From assembly GCA_002310055.1 (NCBI GenBank), contig DBXS01000033.1, positions 40,822 through 104,821 of the forward strand: 64,000 nucleotides of DNA. Direction: 5' to 3'. The notes below the pieces were generated by a model. It made no database searches. It worked only from the letters and a program-made list of their open reading frames with translations, and was not told the DNA's origin. Position 1 is the stretch's first letter. Each line of letters starts with the position of its first letter. The position numbers and the translations under genes are program-made. Origin of the DNA: Clostridiales bacterium UBA1206. GTDB taxonomy: Bacteria; Bacillota; Clostridia; Oscillospirales; CAG-382. Below, piece by piece: positions 10,663 through 19,252 of this stretch.

Positions 10663-13374
10663 TTATTTCTTCTTTTTCTTTTTGAAAATCAATGCGCACG
10701 CCGCCGCGCATATCGCCGCCGCGGCAGCCGCTATGCCTATGATGAGTCTGGGCTTGCTTCCGCTTTCTTCCGGTGCGGCTGTTTCCTCACTCTGCTCGGG
10801 CCCGCTTTCGGCCATGCTTTCTTCGGCAGAGCTTTCTTCGGAGCTTTCCTCGCCCGGATGATTGTAAGCGTACACCATGGCTTCGAGCTCGTCGCACAAC
10901 GCCTTGAGATGTATGGCGAAGACCCGTTCGCCGGCGAGATACCGTTTTATGGCGCGGATCTTCAGATTGATCTCCGTGTCGCCGCACTGTTCGGCGGCTT
11001 CCAGCACCGGCGTATAATCGAAAGCGACCTTGTAGACTTCGAATTCGCTGATGCCGCCGCTGTAATAGGTGTTGTACTGGCTCGCGTACCAGCGCTTGAG
11101 CTGGACGTATTTGACGTAACGCGCCCTGACCGGCTTGAATTCCACGGTCTCGGTCACGCGCCGGCCTTCTTCTTTTCCGCTCGCTTCAAAGACTTTTTCA
11201 AAGTTTTCGCCGTCTTCCGAAACATATAGCTCGAACGCCTGCACGGATTCGAAATAGTGTATGATTATTTTTGAAATATCGTAAACGTCGGCGAGATCGA
11301 CGACCATCCACTGGGTATCTTTCGACCTGTCGAACGAAAGGCGCGTGTTCATATCGCCGTCGACCGCCATCGGTTCGTTCAGCCGTCCGTCGTTGACTTC
11401 AAGTCCGCTTACCGTGACCTTTTTGCCCAAAGCCACGTTGCTTTCGTAAAGCAGATCGTTGAGCGATCCGCCCTCGGGTGCGAGAGTCAGATTTTCAACA
11501 ACGCAGTTTTCGCCGCCGATTCTTTCGAGCGGGAGCACGAACGACGAACTGTATTCCGCGGCTTTTCCGCCGGAAGCCAGCACGGGTTCGGAGACCCACT
11601 TGCCGTCGACTATCAGCACGGTCGAAGTCCTGTCGCCGTAAAGCCTGATATTGGTCTTTTCGCCCAAAGTCACGCCTCTGTCGAAGATATACGTCACGCC
11701 GCCGCGTTCAAAGCTCAGTTTGCCCGCCGCGTTGACGAACAGTTTTCCGTCTTTGCCTTCGGTTATCACGGCGCCTTTTTTGGTCACGGTCACGTCGGCG
11801 CTCATATAATACGGCCAGCCGTACGATATCGCTTTGCCTTCTTCGAGAGCTTTCGTCACATCGGCGTCGATCGCGTATTTGCGCCGCGCGGGGTCTGCGT
11901 TGCCGCCGCGGACCGATAATTTTTCAAAGCGCGAAATAAAGTTTTTGGCGCTTATCTTCGCGGTCTTGCTTCCGGTCCAGGTCTTTTCCGCCACAAGGCA
12001 GACCTGATAGCGGAGCCGGTCGAAAATCTCGAACACCGAAAAACCAGTCGAAGGTCTGACAAGATCGTTCCAAAGCGCAAAGCACGCGCCAAGCAGCTGT
12101 TTGTCGTTTTCGGCGACTTTTTTGCCGTTGTAGATGCCAAGGATATTCACGAACCACTTTGAATAAAGGTTGTTAAGATCGAAATAATCGGCGAATCCGT
12201 TTCCTCCCGGAACGCAGTAGAGTATGGGCCCGCAGGTGTTTATAATGTCGTAGCCCATATCCCACAGAACTTTGTGGTCCGAAAGTTCCACCGCCCAGTA
12301 GTTGCACTGCGAATCGCCCGAAACGGGCGTGCTGCCGTTGAAGCCCTTGCCGCCGAACGAACCCCAGAACCGGGTCGTATACCCGCGCGAACGCAGGTGT
12401 TTCATCAGCGCGTCGGTGTAGGCGCGCATCTCCTCGTTGTGGCCGGCGGGGTATTCGTCGGTGCCGAAATGGACCGTGTCGCCTATGAACACGGGCTCTT
12501 CGCCGGCGACGTATTCGTCCCACAGATCGCAGACGAATTTCAGCGTTTCGGGCTTGCTTATGTCAAGATGCGAATCGTCGAGCATTAGCTCGGGGACGGC
12601 TTTTTTAAAGCATTTGCTGTGCGCCGGAGTGTCTATCTCGGTGACGACGCTCACGCCGTATTCCCGCATGCGAAGCTGATATTCGCGGTAATCCTTTTTG
12701 CTGTAATGGTCTTCGGCGGTCAGCCCCGGTACGTCGCTTTCAAGACGGAAATAACCGTTGCCGTCGGACGAGTTGTCGTTTATATGCAGATGTATCTCGT
12801 TGAGCTTGAACCACGCAAAGTATTTGGTTATCTCCTCCACGTAATCGAGCGGTATCCAGGTGCGCGCCACGTCTATCATACCCGAGCGCAGTCTGTACTG
12901 CGGCACGTCGCGGACGTATCCGCAGGGCATATACCCGTCGTGGTAACAGGACTGTATCAGCGTGATGACGCCGTACAGCAGCGATATCTCTGTCGTGCCG
13001 CTTATGATCACGTTCGTTTCGGTCGCTTCAAGCGTATAGCCTTCGCCGCCAAGCGACGTGTCCGAAGAATGCGCAAGCACGATGTCGCCCGTGCGCGCTT
13101 CGCCCGCGGCAAAATCCACGCTTATAAACAGCATATCGTCAAAATAGCCGCGGATTATGTCTTTCTTCGCTTCCGAAAGCTCGGCGCCTTCGCTTAGAAC
13201 GATGCGCGCGCCGTCTTTTACGGTGAACGTTCCTTCTCCGCCGGTCCATTCGGTCACCGCGGGGATGACGTTGGGAGCGGGATTCGCCGTTCCGGCCGCC
13301 GAAGCGGGGACGGCGGGCAGGACCGCCGCAAAAAACAGCGAAGACGCGAGCATGAACGCTATATGTTTTTTCAT
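10663..13374 (-). CDS. Secreted, C-terminally membrane-anchored GH20-like beta-N-acetylhexosaminidase with F5/8 type C (discoidin) domain
   Basis: 903 aa. Signal peptide, GH20b-like N-domain (GEGYTLEATETNVIISG...LYGVITLIQS), catalytic-region motifs (NEIHLHINDNS, HFGTDEY), a discoidin-like block (AVDGDMNTRLSF...WMVVDL), an acidic SE-rich linker, one TM helix and a KKKKKK tail. Stop lies 13 nt before the tex start. Confidence 0.7.
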   Translation of the reverse strand: MKKHIAFMLASSLFFAAVLPAVPASAAGTANPAPNVIPAVTEWTGGEGTFTVKDGARIVLSEGAELSEAKKDIIRGYFDDMLFISVDFAAGEARTGDIVLAHSSDTSLGGEGYTLEATETNVIISGTTEISLLYGVITLIQSCYHDGYMPCGYVRDVPQYRLRSGMIDVARTWIPLDYVEEITKYFAWFKLNEIHLHINDNSSDGNGYFRLESDVPGLTAEDHYSKKDYREYQLRMREYGVSVVTEIDTPAHSKCFKKAVPELMLDDSHLDISKPETLKFVCDLWDEYVAGEEPVFIGDTVHFGTDEYPAGHNEEMRAYTDALMKHLRSRGYTTRFWGSFGGKGFNGSTPVSGDSQCNYWAVELSDHKVLWDMGYDIINTCGPILYCVPGGNGFADYFDLNNLYSKWFVNILGIYNGKKVAENDKQLLGACFALWNDLVRPSTGFSVFEIFDRLRYQVCLVAEKTWTGSKTAKISAKNFISRFEKLSVRGGNADPARRKYAIDADVTKALEEGKAISYGWPYYMSADVTVTKKGAVITEGKDGKLFVNAAGKLSFERGGVTYIFDRGVTLGEKTNIRLYGDRTSTVLIVDGKWVSEPVLASGGKAAEYSSSFVLPLERIGGENCVVENLTLAPEGGSLNDLLYESNVALGKKVTVSGLEVNDGRLNEPMAVDGDMNTRLSFDRSKDTQWMVVDLADVYDISKIIIHYFESVQAFELYVSEDGENFEKVFEASGKEEGRRVTETVEFKPVRARYVKYVQLKRWYASQYNTYYSGGISEFEVYKVAFDYTPVLEAAEQCGDTEINLKIRAIKRYLAGERVFAIHLKALCDELEAMVYAYNHPGEESSEESSAEESMAESGPEQSEETAAPEESGSKPRLIIGIAAAAAAICAAACALIFKKKKKK

Positions 13375-13479
13375 TGCCTTTTTACGCTCCTGAGTATATT
13401 TTTATCAATTATACCATAAAAAGCGGCTCTTTGCAAGTTTTTTAACGCTTGGGTGCCGGCGTTTTTTTGCCGTAACGTC

Positions 13480-13508
13480 TTGATTTATGCGTTCGGGGGT
13501 GATATAAT
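13480..13508 (+). promoter_or_regulatory. Sigma-A type promoter for alaA
   Basis: TTGATT (13480-13485), 17-nt spacer, TATAAT (13503-13508). Confidence 0.65.
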
Positions 13509-13539
13509 AGCACAAAAGATAACGGGGAGGAGTCCCATT

Positions 13540-14754
13540 ATGAGAGAAATAGGCAAATCGCATAAGCTCGACAACGTGTGCTACGATATCCGCGGGCCCG
13601 TGATGGACGAGGCGATCCGTATGGAATCCAACGGCATAGATATCCTAAAGCTCAATATCGGCAATCCCGCGCCGTTCGGCTTCAAAGCGCCGGACGAAGT
13701 GATAGTCGACTTCATTTACAACCTGCGCGCTTCGGAAGGTTATTCCAATTCCAAAGGGCTGTTTTCGGCGCGCAAAGCCATTATGCAGTACTGCCAGCTC
13801 AAGGGCATCCCCAACGTCACGGTCGAGGATATCTACACCGGCAACGGCGAAAGCGAACTCATCACAATGTCTATGCAGGGGCTTCTCGACGACGGCGATG
13901 AGATCCTCATCCCTATGCCGGATTACCCGCTGTGGACGGCTTCGGTGGTGCTCGCCGGCGGCAAGGCGGTCCATTACCGCTGCGACGAGGAAAACCACTG
14001 GTATCCCGATATCGAAGACATCCGCCGCAAGGTCACGCCGCGCACCAAAGGCATAGTTGTCATCAACCCCAACAACCCCACCGGCGTGGTGTATTCCAAA
14101 GAGATACTGCTTCAGATAGTCGATATCGCGCGCGAACACGGGCTCATCCTTTTCGCCGACGAGATCTACGACCGGCTCGTGATGGACAACATAGAATTCA
14201 CTCCGCTCGCGTCGCTCGCGCCCGATCTGTTCACGGTCTGCTTCAACGGACTTTCCAAATCGCACCGCGTGGCGGGCTTCCGTTCCGGCTGGATGTGCCT
14301 CGCCGGCGACAAGACTTACGTGCGCGGATATATCGAAGGCCTCAATCTGCTCGCGGCGATGCGGCTTTGCTCCAACGTTCCGGGGCAGAGCGTCATCCAG
14401 ACCGCTATCGGCGGCTATCAGTCGAGCGACGAGATGATAAAGCCCGGCGGAAGACTTTTCGAACAGCGCGAATTCATCTGCAAGGCGCTCAATTCCATAC
14501 CAGGCGTTTCCGCCGTCAAACCCGACGCCGCGTTTTACGTGTTCCCTAAATTCGATACCGAAATGTACGGCATCAAGGACGACCAGGAATTCGTATTCGA
14601 TCTGCTGCGCGAACAGAAACTGCTCGTGACCGCCGGCACCGGCTTCAACTGGGACAAACCCGACCATCTGCGCATAGTCTACCTTGCGCGCACCGAAACG
14701 CTCGAAGAAGCCGTAACGCGGCTCGAGACGTTCTTGAAAGAAAGAAGAAGATAA
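13540..14754 (+). CDS. alaA: PLP-dependent alanine aminotransferase (AlaA family)
   Basis: Collinear with E. coli AlaA as I recall it (KLDNVCYDIRGPV, LKLNIGNPAPFGF, INPNNPTG, PLP-lysine block NGLSKSHRVAGFR). ATG 13540 follows GGGGAGGAG; the ORF opens earlier at 13453. Confidence 0.9.
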   Translation: MREIGKSHKLDNVCYDIRGPVMDEAIRMESNGIDILKLNIGNPAPFGFKAPDEVIVDFIYNLRASEGYSNSKGLFSARKAIMQYCQLKGIPNVTVEDIYTGNGESELITMSMQGLLDDGDEILIPMPDYPLWTASVVLAGGKAVHYRCDEENHWYPDIEDIRRKVTPRTKGIVVINPNNPTGVVYSKEILLQIVDIAREHGLILFADEIYDRLVMDNIEFTPLASLAPDLFTVCFNGLSKSHRVAGFRSGWMCLAGDKTYVRGYIEGLNLLAAMRLCSNVPGQSVIQTAIGGYQSSDEMIKPGGRLFEQREFICKALNSIPGVSAVKPDAAFYVFPKFDTEMYGIKDDQEFVFDLLREQKLLVTAGTGFNWDKPDHLRIVYLARTETLEEAVTRLETFLKERRR

Positions 14755-14761
14755 AAAGCAT

Positions 14762-14793
14762 AAAAAAACAAAGAGGCGGATACCGCCTCTTTG
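14762..14793 (-). terminator. Hairpin terminator with T-run on the minus strand only
   Basis: CAAAGAGGCGG-ata-CCGCCTCTTTG 11-bp stem. The A7 run on the plus side gives a T7 run after the hairpin on the minus strand. The plus strand has only TTTGT after the stem. Confidence 0.65.
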
Positions 14794-14838
14794 TAAACTC
14801 AAAGAGCCGTCTGCCTCTCTGTATCCGTCGTGGGGATC

Positions 14839-15057
14839 TTACGTTTTGTTTCCGTCACGCGCATCGTTTCCGCATTTTTGGGGAAAATCGCGCGCGGTGC
14901 GCAAAAAAACGCATTCCGTATCTGTCTCTGCCGCAAACAGCTCGCCGAACTCTTCGCGCACGTTCCGGGGCGTTCCCGCCCGCAGATCGAATGTGTGCGA
15001 AATCGCGCAGTATGCGGTATCGCGGCGCGTAAAGCCGCCGTCATTCAAACGTCTCAT
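14839..15057 (-). CDS. Candidate small protein (72 aa), unknown function
   Basis: ATG at 15057 lies 8 nt after GGAAGGA. G/C-rich third codon positions resemble neighbouring genes. TAA at 14839-14841 is followed 46 nt later by the minus-strand terminator. I recognise no family. Confidence 0.35.
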   Translation of the reverse strand: MRRLNDGGFTRRDTAYCAISHTFDLRAGTPRNVREEFGELFAAETDTECVFLRTARDFPQKCGNDARDGNKT

Positions 15058-15120
15058 CCTAACGATCCTTCCGACGTTCTTATTATCGGCGGACGTTTCA
15101 TTTTTATACGAGGTAAAAAA

Positions 15121-15537
15121 ATGGTTTATATTGGAATAGATTTCGGCGACAGACGCGTCGGTATCGCCCGCAGCGACGGCGTGCTCGCCACCGCCGTCTG
15201 TACGGTAAAAGTCAGCGGGCTTGCCGACGCCGTGAAAAAATGCGCCGAAAAGATAAAAGAGCTCGGCGGCGAAGCCGTGGTGATAGGCCTCCCCCGGAAT
15301 ATGGATTCCACCGAAGGCTTCCGCGCCGAACGCACCCGCCGTTTCGGCGAAGCGCTCGCGCTTTCCACGGGGATCTCGCCCGAGTATTTCGACGAACGGC
15401 TCACGACCGTGCGCGCCCACGCGTTTATGAACGACGCCGACCTGGCGCCGAAACGCAAAAAGGGAATGGTCGATTCGCTTTCGGCCGAGATAATTTTGCA
15501 GGATTATCTCGATTCGCTCAAGAACAGGCAAATATAA
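15121..15537 (+). CDS. ruvX: Holliday junction resolvase-like / pre-16S rRNA nuclease RuvX (YqgF)
   Basis: 138 aa, MVYIGIDFGDRRVGIA...VVIGLPRNMDSTEG...DERLTT. Classic YqgF motifs. Confidence 0.9.
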   Translation: MVYIGIDFGDRRVGIARSDGVLATAVCTVKVSGLADAVKKCAEKIKELGGEAVVIGLPRNMDSTEGFRAERTRRFGEALALSTGISPEYFDERLTTVRAHAFMNDADLAPKRKKGMVDSLSAEIILQDYLDSLKNRQI

Positions 15538-15542
15538 GAATA

Positions 15543-15596
15543 AAAAGTATCCCGCGCAAGACGTATGAAGTCCTGCGCGGGATTTTGCTTTTTGTT
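15543..15596. terminator. Bidirectional terminator between ruvX and the convergent lipoprotein gene
   Basis: ATCCCGCGCA...TGCGCGGGAT 10-bp stem followed by TTTTGCTTTTT, with an A-run upstream. Confidence 0.75.
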
Positions 15597-15600
15597 TCGT

Positions 15601-16587
15601 TTATTTGTTTCCCACTTCGCTGCCGCCCCATTCGACCACGGTGAAGCCGTGACGTTCGGGCGCGGAAAACTCCTGCGGCGGGATATCGACCGGTTCGTCG
15701 AGCGGCGTAAACGCCATAAAGACTCTTATGCAGGTATCGGGTTCGGGCGTCACGCACAGCACGGCGTTTTCGGTGTAGGCGTTTGTCTGGAACGATATGA
15801 GGTTGTATTCGTTATCCTGCATCAACGGCAGCCAGTAGATAATGAACTCGTTCGCCTCGCGCGCGGAAAGCCCAAGCTTCGGCAGCGTTTCCGCAAGGAA
15901 CGCCGCGGTGTCTTTCCCCGCCACGCACGCTCCGCGTGTGAAATCGAATACGGCGCCGTATCCAACGCCCTCCCAGTAAAGGGCATAGTATTCGCTTCCG
16001 TCGGGGAACACTAGCGTGCCGTCGGGCTTGGCAACAAAGTTTTCCCAGCCGTTTTCGCCGTATTCGGGGTAGGTACAGGTCAGCTTTCCGTTAAGCATGA
16101 GTTTTACCGAACAGACCGTTTCTTCGGCGGGATACAGGTAGATAATGGGTTTGTCCATTACCGGCTCGCCTGCCTCGTAATTCGATCTTCTCGCGCTGAC
16201 GACTTCTTTTATGACGAATTTGCACGTTATTTGATATGCGTTTTCTCTGGTGCCGTAGTCAAAGACTCTTTCTTCGGCGATACAGTATCTGCCGTAAAAC
16301 TCTATGCGCGCGGTATCGAACTCATTGAACCCCGTAACGCCTTCGACGAACACGTCGTCGCCGACTGTGCCGTTTTCGTCCGAACTCCTAACGTAAAGGT
16401 ACGTCACGTACAGTGTGCCCGGATCCAATTCCACGCCTTCTCTCAGGCATATATAGTTTTCGGGCACCGGATTCGTCACGGGTTTCGACGGAACGTCGTT
16501 CCCGCACGAAACGAGCAGTAAAGAAAAAACGAGTGCTGTCATTAGTATCGCCACCGCAAAAGCGGCTGTCTTGCTGCGATTTGTCAT
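15601..16587 (-). CDS. Lipoprotein, unknown function
   Basis: Start at ATG 16587 (MTNRSKTAAFAVAILMTALVFSLLLVSCGN) with lipobox LVSC, 8 nt after GGAG. The longer ORF to 16737 would overlap the upstream gene end. Confidence 0.7.
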   Translation of the reverse strand: MTNRSKTAAFAVAILMTALVFSLLLVSCGNDVPSKPVTNPVPENYICLREGVELDPGTLYVTYLYVRSSDENGTVGDDVFVEGVTGFNEFDTARIEFYGRYCIAEERVFDYGTRENAYQITCKFVIKEVVSARRSNYEAGEPVMDKPIIYLYPAEETVCSVKLMLNGKLTCTYPEYGENGWENFVAKPDGTLVFPDGSEYYALYWEGVGYGAVFDFTRGACVAGKDTAAFLAETLPKLGLSAREANEFIIYWLPLMQDNEYNLISFQTNAYTENAVLCVTPEPDTCIRVFMAFTPLDEPVDIPPQEFSAPERHGFTVVEWGGSEVGNK

Positions 16588-16612
16588 AGCGGTATTCTCC
16601 TTTCGCTTTCTG

Positions 16613-16635
16613 TGGATTGGTTGCTTTTTTGTAAG
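16613..16635 (-). repeat. 23-nt core of the lipoprotein-leader element (third, partial copy)
   Basis: On the minus strand, CTTACAAAAAAGCAACCAATCCA is identical to the 3' end of the 105-nt element. It ends 25 nt upstream of ATG 16587. Confidence 0.85.
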
Positions 16636-16726
16636 GTGGATGAAATCTTCCGTCGCGGTGTGGTGTACTGAACGCCGCCCGAAGTGTTTCAGTATCAAAA
16701 AATACATAGAACTGAGCACTGCCTTA

Positions 16727-17152
16727 TCATTCGCCAAACCATATTCTTACAACTGCACCATTTCTTTTATCAATTGCAATAGTGCAATCGTAACCTATGA
16801 CGCCATTTTCATATGCATCACTATCCCAAAATGTTACTATCCATATGCCATCTTCTTCATCATAAAACACGCGCTGTGGGGTAAATTGGCTTGCAGTTTT
16901 GCTTTTCTCCATTCCTTCAAAAACAGACACGGCAATATTCAGCGCGACTGTTTGACTTGGAACAACATCTCCGTAATATGTTCCCGTGGGATCGTTCCAA
17001 TTCTTGTTGTCGTAAATACCGGTTTCATATTCTATCAGTTCATAAGACTCCATTTCAAAAATACTTTCGTCACTATCGTCGTTTCTGCTACATGAAATAT
17101 TTGAACATATCAAAATGATAATCATACCAAATAAAAGAATTGATTTTTTCAT
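16727..17152 (-). CDS. Lipoprotein resembling NTF2-fold immunity proteins (Imm-NTF2-like)
   Basis: 141 aa, lipobox NISC. The C-terminal pattern A..IA..VF...P..VFYDEEDGIWIVTFW...G..G.D..I.I.K.NG.V..IW.GE resembles the NTF2-fold immunity family as I recall it. Markedly AT-richer codon usage than its neighbours. Confidence 0.45.
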   Translation of the reverse strand: MKKSILLFGMIIILICSNISCSRNDDSDESIFEMESYELIEYETGIYDNKNWNDPTGTYYGDVVPSQTVALNIAVSVFEGMEKSKTASQFTPQRVFYDEEDGIWIVTFWDSDAYENGVIGYDCTIAIDKRNGAVVRIWFGE

Positions 17153-17174
17153 ATTTCATAACCTCCTCGTATTA

Positions 17175-17279
17175 TGGATTGGTTGCTTTTTTGTAAGAGG
17201 GTAATGCGGCAACCGTATGCATTACCGATAATGCATATGATACCACTTTTTACCCTCTTATACAATTCCGTACCAGTCC
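17175..17279 (-). repeat. 105-nt imperfect-palindrome leader element, copy A
   Basis: Reverse complement is 101/105 identical to 38227-38331. It ends 22 nt upstream of ATG 17152. Confidence 0.9.
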
Positions 17280-17337
17280 ATCTGTATGATAATACTGCCG
17301 AAAAGCCGAAAAGCGGACAAAAAACAACCGTATTTTT

Positions 17338-18630
17338 TCAAGTTTCTTCTTCGGTGTCGCTTACTATGGCGACGTATTCTTCGCATATGCGGCGGTAGGT
17401 TAGCAGAAATACCGCGATGAACGCGACAGAAAGCAGTATCCTGGGCAAAAGCAGCCACGGGTAAAGAACGGGCATCGCAAAAGCGGCTATGTTCATAAGG
17501 GCGTATGCGGTATATAAGATCTCGGCGTACACGAGCGGTTTGAGCGAAGTTTTTTCGCAGCCGAAATCGAAGTGCAATTCGCGCAGCGAATAGCACAGGC
17601 GCCGCACGAACAGCACGGAACATACGGCGAACGCCGCGCCCGACGCCGCAAGTACCGCGCTTTCGGTCAACGTACCTACCGTGTCGGTGCTGCCGAACAG
17701 TATAAAGCAAACATCCAGCGCCAGCCCCGTCGCCGCGGCGCACAGCGCGTAAGGCGCAAGCGCCTTTTTAAGCACGCGCTTGGCGCGGATGATCGCGTAC
17801 GCCGATATGAGCGCTCCTAGAAAAGCGGGCAGTACGGGGACGCGTTCGAACCGCACGTCTAACGCGAAAGCCGCGATCCCCACGATCGCGAACACATAGG
17901 AAACGCTGAGCTTTTTATCGATGCTCTCGCTCGAACTGCCGGTCACGTATTCGGCGGCTTTAGTCGCCGCAGCGACGAATGCTGCGTCTTTGCGCACCGC
18001 GCCGAAATAGCGGCAGATCTCTATATACCACCACACGCCGAGTATGATCGTGATCAGAATGAACAGCGCGGTTGCGTACGGCTTGTAGCTTGCGATATCA
18101 TTGTAAAGCGGGATATCGTCCACGTCGATGAGGTCCGAAAACAGCACTTTCTGCACCAGAAGCACCGCCGCCTCGGGTATCACGCCCAGCGCCACTTTCA
18201 CTATAAGGAACAGAAGCGTAAGAAATCTGGCGTTGTTGAGCCGCCCCAGCGCCTCGTAGCCGTCGTAGCGTTCGAGCAGATACTCTGTCCCGCCGAAAAG
18301 GTCAGAAGCGAACCTGATGACGAGCAGTATCTCCGCCACGCCGAAGCTGAAAGTCAGAAGCAGCCGCATGCTGTCGTCCGACCCGAGCGAAAGCACGAAC
18401 GCTGCCGCGCGCGCGAACGAAAGCAGCCCCAGATACGCCGAATATTTCATCGCCGATTCCATACGGTATTCCAGCTTCGCAAGGTCGCTCACGGCGTAGC
18501 AGATCAGCGCGTATCCTATAAAATCGGGCAGGATATCGAGCATGGCGAAATAGGGGTTGATAAGGAAAAACAACCCTATAAACAAAAGCGGCGAACGTAT
18601 TCTGTTTTTGGTCGCGGCAGCGTCGTTCAT
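17338..18630 (-). CDS. Polytopic membrane protein, unknown function (internal repeat)
   Basis: 430 aa, about 10 or more hydrophobic helices. Motif LDILPDFIGYALICYAV recurs as VPVLPAFLGALISAYAI. Start ATG lies 4 nt after the stop of the upstream gene. Confidence 0.7.
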   Translation of the reverse strand: MNDAAATKNRIRSPLLFIGLFFLINPYFAMLDILPDFIGYALICYAVSDLAKLEYRMESAMKYSAYLGLLSFARAAAFVLSLGSDDSMRLLLTFSFGVAEILLVIRFASDLFGGTEYLLERYDGYEALGRLNNARFLTLLFLIVKVALGVIPEAAVLLVQKVLFSDLIDVDDIPLYNDIASYKPYATALFILITIILGVWWYIEICRYFGAVRKDAAFVAAATKAAEYVTGSSSESIDKKLSVSYVFAIVGIAAFALDVRFERVPVLPAFLGALISAYAIIRAKRVLKKALAPYALCAAATGLALDVCFILFGSTDTVGTLTESAVLAASGAAFAVCSVLFVRRLCYSLRELHFDFGCEKTSLKPLVYAEILYTAYALMNIAAFAMPVLYPWLLLPRILLSVAFIAVFLLTYRRICEEYVAIVSDTEEET

Positions 18631-18634
18631 AAAC

Positions 18635-19249
18635 TCATTCCTTTTCGCGCTTGCGGCGTTTCTGTTCCTCTTTTTCGGCTATGCGGCGCATGGTCTCTTC
18701 GTCTTTTTCCATTTGCGAAGCCGTGGTTATCTTGGTATAACAGCCGTACAGGAACCACAGGTTGGTGAATCCTATAAGGTATTTCATGATTATCGTCACG
18801 TTGCCCACTATCTGCGCGAACTCCGAACCGGTCGCCCCGCCTTTTACCAGATACGCCGAAATTATGCACAGCGCGTAATAGAATTCGGTAAAAGCCAGCC
18901 ACGCCAGCGCGTTCATGGCTATCTTCATATCGCCGCCTTCGAGCGCGATATCGCGAACCGAAAGCAGATAGATCAGGTGTATGCAGGCGCCCAGCAGGAT
19001 ATACGCCAGATGTAGCGCGAAATACAGTCCGCCGGTCTTATCCAGCGTTATGACCTTCGCCAGGTCCAGCAGTTCGCATACCGAATACAGCGTGCAAACG
19101 GCGCAGAGCGCGCATGAAGCGAAAAAGCTTTTGCGCACCTTGCCCAGCTTGAAAAAGCCCCACGCCAGAAGCGGCCAGCCTATAACGCCCGCGTAGAAAG
19201 AATCGAATATTATGAGCAGATATCCGAGCACGCACAGACCGAATCCCAT
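18635..19249 (-). CDS. Polytopic membrane protein, unknown function, with a charged C-terminal tail
   Basis: 204 aa, about 6 helices, with the motif AGVIGWPLLAWGFFKLGK. Tail EKDEETMRRIAEKEEQKRRKREKE. ATG lies 3 nt after the secA stop. Confidence 0.7.
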   Translation of the reverse strand: MGFGLCVLGYLLIIFDSFYAGVIGWPLLAWGFFKLGKVRKSFFASCALCAVCTLYSVCELLDLAKVITLDKTGGLYFALHLAYILLGACIHLIYLLSVRDIALEGGDMKIAMNALAWLAFTEFYYALCIISAYLVKGGATGSEFAQIVGNVTIIMKYLIGFTNLWFLYGCYTKITTASQMEKDEETMRRIAEKEEQKRRKREKE

Positions 19250-19252
19250 AAA

